Source of the DNA: a virus | Lineage: Duplodnaviria > Heunggongvirae > Uroviricota > Caudoviricetes | Direction: 5' to 3' (one strand) | IMG/VR virus record: IMGVR_UViG_2737471835_000006 | DNA: 53,176 nt | Shown here: piece after piece, positions 19,981 through 28,579 of the stretch | Numbering within the stretch: the first letter of the stretch is position 1 | How the letters are laid out: each line of letters begins with the position of its first letter | Notes under the pieces: model-generated | Seen by the model: only the letters and a program-made list of their open reading frames with translations | Database searches by the model: none | What the model was told of the DNA's origin: nothing | Made by a program: the position numbers and the translations under genes

Positions 19981-20352
19981 TAAAAATCCTCACCGGAACC
20001 GGAAATACATAAAATGAAAAAATACTAAAAATGAGTGAGTTTTTGCGCGTCTACCGACCCTCGGTGTTTTGAATTTCGGAAAGGACCCGCGACCAGGGGG
20101 GCTATATCCCTTTCAGGACAGGAATCGGGGGCTCGCATCAGGTTCATCAAACTCGACTGTAGCCTCGCGGCGTACTTGTTTGCATACATCAGCTTTGTGT
20201 ATCTCATTATCAGCGTAAGCTTTCACTTTGGCAGCGAGCCATCCTTTTGCGCTGTATCGATAGACTACCGAACAAAGTTTTCCCTATGTGTATATATCTT
20301 GAAATTATTGATATTCTTACAGAAAAGCAACAACCATGAGCACACAAAAAAA

Positions 20353-20598
20353 ATGAACAAAGAAAAAATCGAAGCCTTAATGAGCGTAATATTAAAAGAA
20401 GCTGACCCCAAAAAATTTCCTGAGAAGTTATCAGAGGACGCCATCGTATCTTTTTATCGTGCGAACTCCTCTTACCTACATTGTCCAACTTTAAGAGAAT
20501 GGTTAAGCGGCGAAGCAGAGCCTTCAGATGAGATACTTGAGGAGATTATGATTCAGAACAACTGGCGTGCAACTAAATGGTCAAATCGGTTACCTTAA
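20353..20598 (+). CDS. Hypothetical small protein (moron-like, AT-rich)
   Basis: 81 aa from the internal ATG of the 187-aa six-frame ORF (an upstream ATG is followed by an in-frame stop); followed by a hairpin terminator. Confidence 0.3.
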   Translation: MNKEKIEALMSVILKEADPKKFPEKLSEDAIVSFYRANSSYLHCPTLREWLSGEAEPSDEILEEIMIQNNWRATKWSNRLP

Positions 20599-20612
20599 CC
20601 TGTTGAATGTGT

Positions 20613-20645
20613 GCCGCCTTAAAACAAAAAGGCGGCCTCTCGTTT
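20613..20645 (+). terminator. Rho-independent terminator candidate
   Basis: 8-bp stem GCCGCCTT/AAGGCGGC with 8-nt loop, followed by a moderately T-rich tract. Confidence 0.45.
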
Positions 20646-20866
20646 AAGTAAAGCGTCTCTTTCATCAGCCACCAGCTCTTTGGCACATTGCGCAGTTGTT
20701 TTTTATACGTCGGCGAGCTGTTGCGAAGCTCAGTCCCTGCGCGTCACACCATTCTTTCGGTGATACACATGATTTGACGTACTCGGACAGGAATCGCTTC
20801 TGAAGCTCAAGCCCAGTCCCGGTTAGCTCATGTAATTAAATCCTACTGTATTCTCATGGTGCCCAG

Positions 20867-21208
20867 ATGTCGTCTATGCTTTTAACTCGAACATTCAATG
20901 AAGAGAAATGCTCTATGGTTATTGGTATGCAGGAATCAAAAAATTGCCCTGTATGCGGCTCTGATGCCACATGGACAAATCACGATACGTGCTGGAAAAT
21001 TCATTGCAGTGGTTTTTGCGGTGATTTTTTAATCACAACCATTACGATAAATTATCTGAAGGGCGATGCACTAAGGCGTCTTGATGCCATCGATCTATTA
21101 AAAGAGCCAACAACACTCAAGACACCTTTAACAAACAAAATCCTTGCTGAATATGCACGTACAAAACATCCCGTGCACATCTTTGAAGGTCACTATCCGG
21201 GCTATTAG
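20867..21208 (+). CDS. Hypothetical Cys-rich protein
   Basis: 113 aa with CPVCGS ... HCSGFCGD spacing suggestive of a zinc-binding fold; no SD seen. Confidence 0.3.
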   Translation: MSSMLLTRTFNEEKCSMVIGMQESKNCPVCGSDATWTNHDTCWKIHCSGFCGDFLITTITINYLKGDALRRLDAIDLLKEPTTLKTPLTNKILAEYARTKHPVHIFEGHYPGY

Positions 21209-21483
21209 TCAGTGCTAGTAACTTTCGAAATAGGAGAAATTTTAGATGTGTGATAATTCATCTCGTCGATAGTCTGAGGAATTAACTCACTCGCGCCATT
21301 TGCAACTGCAACGCGATAATGCGGTCCATTCCATCGACTAAAATCGGAGCGTTCATAAATTACTACCTCATCCCCCACAGAAACCCTTAACTCCGTGCTA
21401 CCTACGGGTTCAATAGCGGAATTAGAATAAATGTCTTCAACACGACCGTGAAAAGGCCCACCAACGAACAAAAACTGTGACAT
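21205..21483 (-). CDS. Hypothetical protein
   Basis: 92 aa ORF downstream of the lysis cassette; no motif recognised. Confidence 0.3.
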   Translation of the reverse strand: MSQFLFVGGPFHGRVEDIYSNSAIEPVGSTELRVSVGDEVVIYERSDFSRWNGPHYRVAVANGASELIPQTIDEMNYHTSKISPISKVTSTD

Positions 21484-21621
21484 ATAATTTCCTATTAAAA
21501 AATACCCAGTTAAATCGGCATTTAAAAATATGTCATATTTATGATTCTGTCTTTAGCACCTTTGTGTGGTCAGGTTGCCTGGGCCAAATGACCAATCGTC
21601 AATTCATTAAGATAAATTACC

Positions 21622-21816
21622 CTATTTTCCAACGGGGCATGAAGCCACTGCCCCGGTTGAATCAATACAACCACCGTTCGCTGTTGTAATCTTCGTACCC
21701 GGCGCGATCGTCACGTGTTTAATACTGCTGTCGTCAGCGCGAGTCGCTTCGGTGTATGTCGAATGTGTGCAGCCTGCCAGCGTGAAGAACGCGACAGCTA
21801 AGAGAAGTTTTTTCAC
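21622..21816 (-). CDS. Small lipoprotein at the end of the lysis cassette (Rz1/Bor position)
   Basis: 64 aa; signal peptide with lipobox LAGC; immediately downstream of the endolysin gene. Confidence 0.5.
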   Translation of the reverse strand: MKKLLLAVAFFTLAGCTHSTYTEATRADDSSIKHVTIAPGTKITTANGGCIDSTGAVASCPVGK

Positions 21817-21823
21817 GTTTTAC

Positions 21824-22303
21824 CTACGCTTCTGAGATAGATTTCTCAGCATTCACGAATGGAAGTGATTGTGGAACATCAGTTTGGCCTGCTGGCCAGC
21901 GGTAGCCTGTTACGCGGGAACGAGGAAAAGCTTTGATATTTACTTCATCTGCCTGGTTACCACCCAAAATCATTAAATCCCCGGCGGCATTTTTCCCGAC
22001 AACAAAGCCAACGTGACCACCGCCAGACCGAGACAGAATAGCAATGCATCCATAGGCGGGTTCCTTCAGTTCATTACCCCAATCGAGATAAGAATTCGCA
22101 GACTCAAAACGCGTTGAGCGAATACCTACACGTTCCAGCATTGCTCCGGTGAAGGCAGCGCACCACGGGGTTTCATCATCCTTAATGCCGCCGCGTTTGA
22201 TATCTTTCCAGTACTGCACAATTTCTGCAGCATGTTGCTTCCCTTTCATTTCCCGAATGCCGAGATTTTTTCGTGCCTCAATTAGCCATTTAGGATCGGT
22301 CAT
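21824..22303 (-). CDS. Endolysin, NlpC/P60-CHAP-like cell-wall peptidase
   Basis: 159 aa; Cys-His catalytic pair in DETPWCAAF ... GGGHVGFVVG typical of phage peptidase-type endolysins; overlaps the upstream membrane gene by 14 nt. Confidence 0.7.
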   Translation of the reverse strand: MTDPKWLIEARKNLGIREMKGKQHAAEIVQYWKDIKRGGIKDDETPWCAAFTGAMLERVGIRSTRFESANSYLDWGNELKEPAYGCIAILSRSGGGHVGFVVGKNAAGDLMILGGNQADEVNIKAFPRSRVTGYRWPAGQTDVPQSLPFVNAEKSISEA

Positions 22304-22574
22304 ACCTGTCTCCTGTTATTTTTGAAATATTCCCTCGTGCCCGCCAGACAGCAATACAGATGGTGAGATTGAGAAAGAACTCTGCGGGATCAACCTGCGT
22401 GTATTTCCCGTAAAAAATTCGTAGGGCTATCCACGCAGCAGACAGAATCGCCAGGTAAGCAGTTAGTGAGATGAAAAAACGATAGCGGCCTGTTTTTTGA
22501 AAAAACATCAACCGCAGTGCCAGCATCAGACAGATAATTGCATTGGCATTAATGAGGACAGAGTGCAGGGTCAT
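22290..22574 (-). CDS. Lysis-cassette membrane protein (holin/antiholin-like)
   Basis: 94 aa with about three hydrophobic helices; coupled to neighbours by overlapping stop/start. Confidence 0.5.
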   Translation of the reverse strand: MTLHSVLINANAIICLMLALRLMFFQKTGRYRFFISLTAYLAILSAAWIALRIFYGKYTQVDPAEFFLNLTICIAVWRARGNISKITGDRYDRS

Positions 22575-22957
22575 TATTTCATCCCCTTATCTGATTTCCA
22601 TAAACGAGCTTGTGACATGATCCGCAACAGTGATGTAACGCTGATTACTGATGCAACCAGTGCACCAATGGCGGGAGAGACTTTTACTGTTACGGGAGGG
22701 TTCAGGTGACTCAGCACCGCGTTCAGAATACCGGTAATGATGGCTGACGCTGTCTCAGCGCAATACACACCGCCAACAAACGAAATGAGTGCGAAAATAA
22801 CCTGCTTCCAGAATCGATGCTGCCCGGACGACAACACATAGAGAGCTGCGCCAGCCAGCGCACAGATCATCACTGCAGGTGTTGCCTCAGGAAATAACGC
22901 AGCAAACGTCACCCCCGCCGAGCCAGCAGCAACGCCAGCGGTTAGAGGTTCAGACAT
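22574..22957 (-). CDS. Putative holin
   Basis: 127 aa, multiple transmembrane segments, charged C-terminus; first gene after the putative late promoter/terminator. Confidence 0.55.
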   Translation of the reverse strand: MSEPLTAGVAAGSAGVTFAALFPEATPAVMICALAGAALYVLSSGQHRFWKQVIFALISFVGGVYCAETASAIITGILNAVLSHLNPPVTVKVSPAIGALVASVISVTSLLRIMSQARLWKSDKGMK

Positions 22958-22965
22958 GATTTTTC

Positions 22966-23066
22966 CTGATTCAGAAACGACAAAACCCCGCCGTGGCGAG
23001 GTTCTTAGAAATTTGGCAACATACCAAATTAGCGTTTAATATGGCCTGTTTTGTTCGGTTTTGCAA
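22966..23066 (-). promoter_or_regulatory. Putative late promoter pR' with downstream tR' terminator (Q antitermination target)
   Basis: Minus strand: TTGCAA, 17-18 nt, CATATT/ATATTA just after the Q stop, then hairpin CCUCGCC-ACG-GCGGGG followed by UUUUGUCGUUU immediately before the holin start. Confidence 0.4.
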
Positions 23067-23069
23067 GCA

Positions 23070-23741
23070 TTATACGCAAACGTCGTCTAAATGGTTTTGA
23101 TAATGATGCAAAGTTGCAAGAAGTGCCATTTCATCAAGTGCTCTCACCGCCTCTTTCATTCCTACCCAGTGCGGGGAGTATGTTTCGCACCAGGTGGAAC
23201 GAGAAACAGACAACATTCCAGCTAGCGCAGATCCAGCCATCTCCTTAAAATCCTCGCGTTTATTTGCTGCTGCAACCGCCTGCACGGACAACCACACCAA
23301 CGAAAGCAGACGCTTAGCTACTTTTCTCTGAGTTGACGCGGGGATGTGTCCTTTATAGCGACTCCAGACAGCCTCACAAATAGCTGTTTGGTGTTTGAAC
23401 GCCAGGTGACCACCGTAGCAATAGCGCAACCACGCCTGCTGGCTAACGTCGAGCGAATTCACGGCGCGGCGCCACGATGAATCAGCGAATTCATAATCAT
23501 TCATCGGCGGCGCGGGACGACGTCTGCTGAAACTTTCCAGGGCATAAACTGGCGTAACCAGAGCATCAACGGTCCGGTCCTCCAGTTGCACACGATGAAT
23601 ATGTTTGCGTGGGTATGCGTTTTTATCTGCTGGCGGGTGCTCACACAATGCTTCCAGTTGCCCCTTAGAACCACCAGACAAATCCCGTAATGCAGCGCGC
23701 AGTTTTATGCGGGTATATTCCAATAAATACTCGTTACTCAT
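23070..23741 (-). CDS. Late-gene antiterminator, Q family
   Basis: 223 aa; position directly upstream of the late promoter and lysis genes; composition typical of the long Q-type antiterminators. Confidence 0.6.
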   Translation of the reverse strand: MSNEYLLEYTRIKLRAALRDLSGGSKGQLEALCEHPPADKNAYPRKHIHRVQLEDRTVDALVTPVYALESFSRRRPAPPMNDYEFADSSWRRAVNSLDVSQQAWLRYCYGGHLAFKHQTAICEAVWSRYKGHIPASTQRKVAKRLLSLVWLSVQAVAAANKREDFKEMAGSALAGMLSVSRSTWCETYSPHWVGMKEAVRALDEMALLATLHHYQNHLDDVCV

Positions 23742-24034
23742 CAGATAAACTCCTCATCGCGCCAGATAGCCAGTGTTCTGAAAACTCCCTCAGCGTGCAT
23801 CAACAACAATGAGTCGTGCTCGTAATCCGTTTTTGTACGTCCGTCGATGGCATCGTGACACGCACTGCAGGCGATAGCGCCCTGCATATCGTGAGGTTTG
23901 ATGGCTGTGCCGCACGTTCCGGCGAGACGATAATGAGCCAGTACGCTGGTTTCAGGATTGTGATTGCACACACCGGGGATACGCACAGTACAAGCGCGAC
24001 CACGTGCAGCTTTTCTCAGGTCGATTTTTTTCAT
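23741..24034 (-). CDS. YbcO-like (DUF1364-type) Cys-rich putative nuclease
   Basis: 97 aa; LRKAARGRACTVRIPGVCNHNPETSVLAH ... ACSACHD resembles the DLP12 YbcO family; nin-region position before Q. Confidence 0.5.
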   Translation of the reverse strand: MKKIDLRKAARGRACTVRIPGVCNHNPETSVLAHYRLAGTCGTAIKPHDMQGAIACSACHDAIDGRTKTDYEHDSLLLMHAEGVFRTLAIWRDEEFI

Positions 24035-24627
24035 GATGTGTAATCCAACAGCTGCGCGGCAGCATTTTCAGCGGCCTCCTGAGAGGCAAACGTGCGGAAC
24101 AAAATATAATTCCACAGCACATCTAAAACGGCTGAATACAGTTGACCGAACTCAAGATCGTCCATCGCAGCAAACGAGATTGAACGAGGTACACGCATCA
24201 AACTACCATCTGGCATCTGATGAACGTCATAAAATCCAGATTCCATAGTCGCCCAGGCGCGAAACGCCTCGAACGACTTCACCGCACTGATATTCCCCGC
24301 GCGCTTTTCCGACTCATCGAGAAGATACTGATCAGCCAGCTCAGCCATGACATCACCATGCCCACCGTAATACGCCAGTAACTTAACGTAGCCGTGGACC
24401 AGTTCTCGCTCCGCAGGAGAAATAGCCCCTCCGGACGGATGCCAGTAATCAAAGCCCAGGTTGAGAAGTGAGAAAAATTTACGGTGAAACGCGGGATTAC
24501 GTGCCTGTTTGAAATCTGCATACACAACAGCACCTGGTTTGACTCGTTCAGTCAACCAGCGTTGCGTGTCTGGTGTCGCGGGTATTAGCGAACCGCCGGA
24601 TACCCTGATAAATGAATGCTGCGCCAT
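24031..24627 (-). CDS. Hypothetical nin-region protein
   Basis: 198 aa; 4-nt overlap with the downstream gene. Confidence 0.45.
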   Translation of the reverse strand: MAQHSFIRVSGGSLIPATPDTQRWLTERVKPGAVVYADFKQARNPAFHRKFFSLLNLGFDYWHPSGGAISPAERELVHGYVKLLAYYGGHGDVMAELADQYLLDESEKRAGNISAVKSFEAFRAWATMESGFYDVHQMPDGSLMRVPRSISFAAMDDLEFGQLYSAVLDVLWNYILFRTFASQEAAENAAAQLLDYTS

Positions 24628-24704
24628 GTTTAACTCCAGGTGGCGCGGCAGTGTTCAGAAAATGGTGCCGGGTGTTCAATCCAGCACCGATATTATACCG
24701 TGTT

Positions 24705-24884
24705 TTACGCGTCAGGGGGTGTAATAGTATATCCAGCTATTTCTGCCAACTCGAGAAACGCCATCAGGCTGGCAATCCGTTCATCATCGGTCAGAACACG
24801 CACACCAACGATGTGTCCGTCCTTACGCTTGATAACAGCCCGGCATGTTTCCGGTAGTTCGCCTATAGATTCTTGAATATTCAT
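24705..24884 (-). CDS. Small protein behind a LexA-box promoter; candidate SOS-induced antirepressor
   Basis: 59 aa ORF (MNIQESIGELPETCRAVIKRKDGHIVGVRVLTDDERIASLMAFLELAEIAGYTITPPDA), too short for the six-frame track; SD GGGGGAAG 4-6 nt before the ATG. Confidence 0.45.
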   Translation of the reverse strand: MNIQESIGELPETCRAVIKRKDGHIVGVRVLTDDERIASLMAFLELAEIAGYTITPPDA

Positions 24885-24904
24885 GTCTTCCCCCTAACGC
24901 CATT

Positions 24905-24942
24905 ACCTGTACATTTATACAGTATTTTATGGCATTTGTCAT
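24905..24942 (-). promoter_or_regulatory. Sigma70-like promoter with overlapping LexA (SOS) box
   Basis: Minus strand reads ATGACA, 17 nt, TATAAA; the 20-mer TACTGTATAAATGTACAGGT (CTGT-N8-ACAG) overlaps the -10 element. Confidence 0.6.
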
Positions 24943-25035
24943 AACGCCAGATACAATGAGGGAATAATGAACAATTATATTCACGTCGTGAATTTTATTA
25001 AACGGTTTTATAGGAGATTAAACCGTTTATGGTCA

Positions 25036-25677
25036 TTATTTATCACTCCTGTAAATTGAAATTAACCATTTTCTAATCGTCGACGCTGCAGGTGGGTCAG
25101 AGTATTTCGCCACAAAAATACCGGATATGTATTGCACACCACGCGATAATGGCGCTGTCGGGTTTTCAGTAAAAAAACGATCAGCCAGTTCAATGGCTTC
25201 GCTTTTTAATCTGTGCTGTGGTCGTCCTCCGCCCTTAGTGCCAAGGTAGCGCGCCAGTTGTTTGAAACGGTAGGCGATGATCAACGGTCGCATCATCATA
25301 TTGAAAAAATCGCGGGCATCGTTGTCAGCGCCTTGCGCTAGCAACAGTGCAAAAAACAGATACGGGATTGTGTACACTTCAGGAGATATACGAACCCGTT
25401 CACAAGTTGGTGGAGCCAACTCAATAAGTAAGTCAGCCAGCGGATTCCCCTTTTCTCCACGTTTGTAATAGCGATACAGCGGCCCGATATCAAGTTCACT
25501 CACGTCGATTTCAGGATGCCCGGCAACGGCTGTACGTATCTCTTCTGCCAGAGCGTCAAATATTGCCCCGGTCCGCTCAAGATAGAGCCTCCGGGTCGAG
25601 CCGCGATCATCCAGAGCTCGTAACATATCTAATCGGCTAACGAAAGTTTCAGGCCAGTCCTCATAGAAGGTTTTCAT
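25036..25677 (-). CDS. Hypothetical protein
   Basis: Start placed at MKTFYEDW, which has SD GAGGT 5 nt upstream; the six-frame ORF begins at an upstream TTG (25713). Confidence 0.4.
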   Translation of the reverse strand: MKTFYEDWPETFVSRLDMLRALDDRGSTRRLYLERTGAIFDALAEEIRTAVAGHPEIDVSELDIGPLYRYYKRGEKGNPLADLLIELAPPTCERVRISPEVYTIPYLFFALLLAQGADNDARDFFNMMMRPLIIAYRFKQLARYLGTKGGGRPQHRLKSEAIELADRFFTENPTAPLSRGVQYISGIFVAKYSDPPAASTIRKWLISIYRSDK

Positions 25678-25756
25678 AATTACCTCGAATAATAAAAACT
25701 GCATTATTTGCAAAATTTATTATTCGTTTTCACATCGCAGGGTTCTATAAAAAAGA

Positions 25757-25776
25757 AAACCCGCCGAAGCGGGTTA
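25757..25776 (-). terminator. Rho-independent terminator candidate
   Basis: Stem ACCCGC/GCGGGT with CGAA loop; T-rich tract follows on the minus strand, directly after the stop of the 25796-26074 gene. Confidence 0.5.
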
Positions 25777-25795
25777 GTTATTCATTTGCACCAGA

Positions 25796-26074
25796 TTATG
25801 AGGCCATACCGTAGGCTTTTTTATGCATCCCATGGTCATAGCCCATATTATATGCTTCAAAAGCATCTTTATGACGGACATGCCCAGCCTGGCTTTCGGG
25901 TAAATCACCTAAAACAGAGTCATCAACCGCACGCGGAACGCCGATTAATGCATGCCACATACCTTTATCATAGGCACATCCACAACACTTGTGCCGCCCA
26001 ACGTTACCCTGATTTGCAGAAAGAACATCAAACATACTGTCGTGACGATGTGACTTTTTACAGATGTGTTTCAT
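25796..26074 (-). CDS. Hypothetical His/Cys-rich small protein
   Basis: 92 aa with many His and a CCGC motif; followed by a hairpin terminator. Confidence 0.35.
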   Translation of the reverse strand: MKHICKKSHRHDSMFDVLSANQGNVGRHKCCGCAYDKGMWHALIGVPRAVDDSVLGDLPESQAGHVRHKDAFEAYNMGYDHGMHKKAYGMAS

Positions 26075-26542
26075 TCATTGACCTATATCATTTTCGGTAA
26101 TGAATGCTTTACACGGGATCCCGGTTGAGGTAATCTCCCAAACCGAGATCTCAACGAAAGCATTAACCGATGTTTTTGTATGGCCCTGACAGTTGGCGCT
26201 GTCAGGGCTTTCCCTTTGATGCGACTCTAAAAACTTCGCAACCTCCAGATCCTATCCAGGACCAAGAAAAACTTCAATGAAAAGATCAAGTTAGATCTGT
26301 ATTTTTTTACAGATGTAATAAATCACACATGTAATAGCCTTCCCTTTCCGTTCTCATCTGGCCTCTTGTGGCATCCATTTTTTTAAGAAACATATGGACG
26401 CTTAAAAAACCACTAATGTCATGATTATCATGTATGTTTTTACTGGAAACATTGAGCCATCCACAATGCAGCGTAAAAAGCAAGCAATTCACAAGATTTT
26501 AAAGTGATTTATCTGGAAGACTTTACTACTAACAGTTAATAT

Positions 26543-26587
26543 CGTACCAGAAGTGCAGAATTTGCACTTTCACAGGAAAGTGGTACG
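26543..26587. promoter_or_regulatory. Nested inverted repeats upstream of the ImmA-like gene (candidate operator)
   Basis: CGTACCA ... TGGTACG arms enclosing GTGCAGAATTTGCAC, about 55 bp upstream of the 26642 start. Confidence 0.35.
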
Positions 26588-26641
26588 GAACATGTTGTCT
26601 ATATTTCGACCAACAATCGTAATGCAGTAACTGGAGGAGCT

Positions 26642-27130
26642 ATGGCTACCAACCCAAGAGAGCACGCCCGGCGAGTGCTGGACACGTTCTGGTGCGGGCG
26701 TGGTTTCCCTGTTGATCCAGCGAAAATTGCTCACGACATGGGATTAGATGTTTTTATTACCGATCTTCCTGGGAAAGTTTCTGGCGCACTGATTAAACAA
26801 AAAGATCAAGATCCAGCGATCTTTCTAAACAGTGATGACAACAAAGTTCGTCAACGTTTTTCATGTGGGCATGAGTTGGGGCATTACATCGCCCGGCAAG
26901 CATCGCATAGTGATGAATATGAGTACGTTGATTTACGTGGCGAAACCGCAAGCGCCGGAACGCATCCTGATGAAATTTTTGCGAACAAGTTCGCAGCAGA
27001 ACTTCTGATGCCGGTTGATGAGGTCAGAAAACTGCACGCTGACGGCCAACCAAGTTATATAATGGCGCATTATTTTGGCGTATCTGACGATGCGATGACT
27101 TATCGTTTAAAGAACTTGAGGTTGGGGTAA
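26642..27130 (+). CDS. ImmA/IrrE-family zinc metallopeptidase
   Basis: 162 aa; HEXXH motif in CGHELGHY; strong SD GGAGGAG. Confidence 0.7.
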   Translation: MATNPREHARRVLDTFWCGRGFPVDPAKIAHDMGLDVFITDLPGKVSGALIKQKDQDPAIFLNSDDNKVRQRFSCGHELGHYIARQASHSDEYEYVDLRGETASAGTHPDEIFANKFAAELLMPVDEVRKLHADGQPSYIMAHYFGVSDDAMTYRLKNLRLG

Positions 27131-27139
27131 CGCTTTAGA

Positions 27140-27745
27140 ATGCCATCGGATGACGATTTTAACAGCCGTTTCAAACAGGAAGTTGCACGCCGACTGAAGG
27201 ATTCCCTCAACCTACACCGTCAGTTAGCAGAAGAGGTTGAGCCGGGGGACGATGAAACCCCGGTTCAGTCTCCTGACGAAACTTCACCTCAGCCAAAGGT
27301 TTCGCACGCCCCCAAAAAAACGGCTGTCCGTATTCGCGGAATAGCCAGAAAAAGAGCTGCCGAAGCTCGCAAAATGGCTGTAGCTGCGTCTAGCAAAAGA
27401 ATTCCAACTGTTACACCCTCTCAACAAGTCACCCGTACTGAGAGTAAAATCTTGACCGAGTTCACATCTGTGAAACAGGTGAATTCACTTGATACCGAGC
27501 ATGAGCGCAAACAACTCAACAACAAAGATTTTGAAGCAGAAATCGCTCTAAAAAAACGATACGGGAAATGGTTCCTGATTATCCTTGCTTGCCAACTTCT
27601 GATAATGAATGGTGTATTTATTGCCGACGGCGCAGGTAAGCTGGAATTTGAGGATTTAACACTACAGTTGTACATGGGCGGTACTTTGACAGAGGTATTC
27701 GGCCTCGTGCTGGTCGTGACAAAATACCTTTTTAAACGCAAGTAA
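27140..27745 (+). CDS. Membrane protein with disordered N-terminus and two C-terminal TM helices
   Basis: 201 aa; starts 10 nt after the ImmA-like stop; C-terminal WFLIILACQLLIMNGVFIA and GGTLTEVFGLVLVVTKYLF hydrophobic segments. Confidence 0.5.
   Translation: MPSDDDFNSRFKQEVARRLKDSLNLHRQLAEEVEPGDDETPVQSPDETSPQPKVSHAPKKTAVRIRGIARKRAAEARKMAVAASSKRIPTVTPSQQVTRTESKILTEFTSVKQVNSLDTEHERKQLNNKDFEAEIALKKRYGKWFLIILACQLLIMNGVFIADGAGKLEFEDLTLQLYMGGTLTEVFGLVLVVTKYLFKRK
27667..27745 (+). repeat. Direct repeat copy 1 (3' end of the 27140-27745 gene)
   Basis: About 75 bp nearly identical to 31269-31346 (one indel, about four mismatches). Confidence 0.85.
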
Positions 27746-27854
27746 CTCTCTCTATGGAACAGACTTTAGTCGATTTAATGGAGAAGACCAGCAACCCCAA
27801 ATGACCAAGTAACAAGTGCTGGCCTTATAGACGATTACTGAGTGTGTTCGAGTG

Positions 27855-28259
27855 CTATCGTTGTACAATTCGTCCGTTGGGATCCAGCCACATCCCATCA
27901 GAAAGATACACCATTTCCCTGGGTTCATCCGTTACCTGCAGGTCATGGTAAATTGAAGTAAGTTCATTTTTAGGTGAAGGAGTGATATCTTCGCTTCCAA
28001 AGATCATATCTTGGTATTGTGCCCAATTTTGGCGAATTTCGAAATACATATCAACATCATAATCCTGCCCTCTTAGTTCATCATCTGAAGATATATTCAA
28101 TGTCTTTTTGAGACCGATGATGTTAAAGATCCACTTCTTACCACCTTTAATGAAGTATGCCCCAGTATATGCCTCTTCATCTGGTACAGCCTCATAACCT
28201 AAATTTAATGCTAATTGTATCTGTTCTGCTAATGTAAAAGGCTCTTTCCATCCACTCAT
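27855..28259 (-). CDS. Hypothetical protein (AT-rich cassette)
   Basis: 134 aa acidic protein with ATG start; no motif recognised. Confidence 0.4.
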   Translation of the reverse strand: MSGWKEPFTLAEQIQLALNLGYEAVPDEEAYTGAYFIKGGKKWIFNIIGLKKTLNISSDDELRGQDYDVDMYFEIRQNWAQYQDMIFGSEDITPSPKNELTSIYHDLQVTDEPREMVYLSDGMWLDPNGRIVQR

Positions 28260-28579
28260 AGCTTATTACCTACCTGTGAACCTGTTTGCTGCATGAAAAA
28301 CAATATAATAAAGCGTTATTGAAGACTATGATCCAAGTAAATTTAATCAAATACGTTTATAACGTATTTGCCTAAACAACTTCCAACGTATGATCCGCTT
28401 CTCGCTCTCAGCAGACCTTTATCTGCAGGTGCTTGTCTGCTGTGTTCCAGAAGCAGATATTATTATATAACTCTTTAACCCATGTATGACAAAATATTCT
28501 TGGAGCTTATTAAAACTTCATACGTCTAAATCACCTCTTCATTAGTGAATCAATAATTGTATAGTTAAAATGTAACACT

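Noticed and set aside
20035-20598. 187-aa version of the plus-strand ORF upstream of 20353
   Set aside because: The N-terminal 106 codons cross the cos-like region and are highly hydrophobic/low complexity; only the distal 81-codon part starting at the 20353 ATG looks gene-like.
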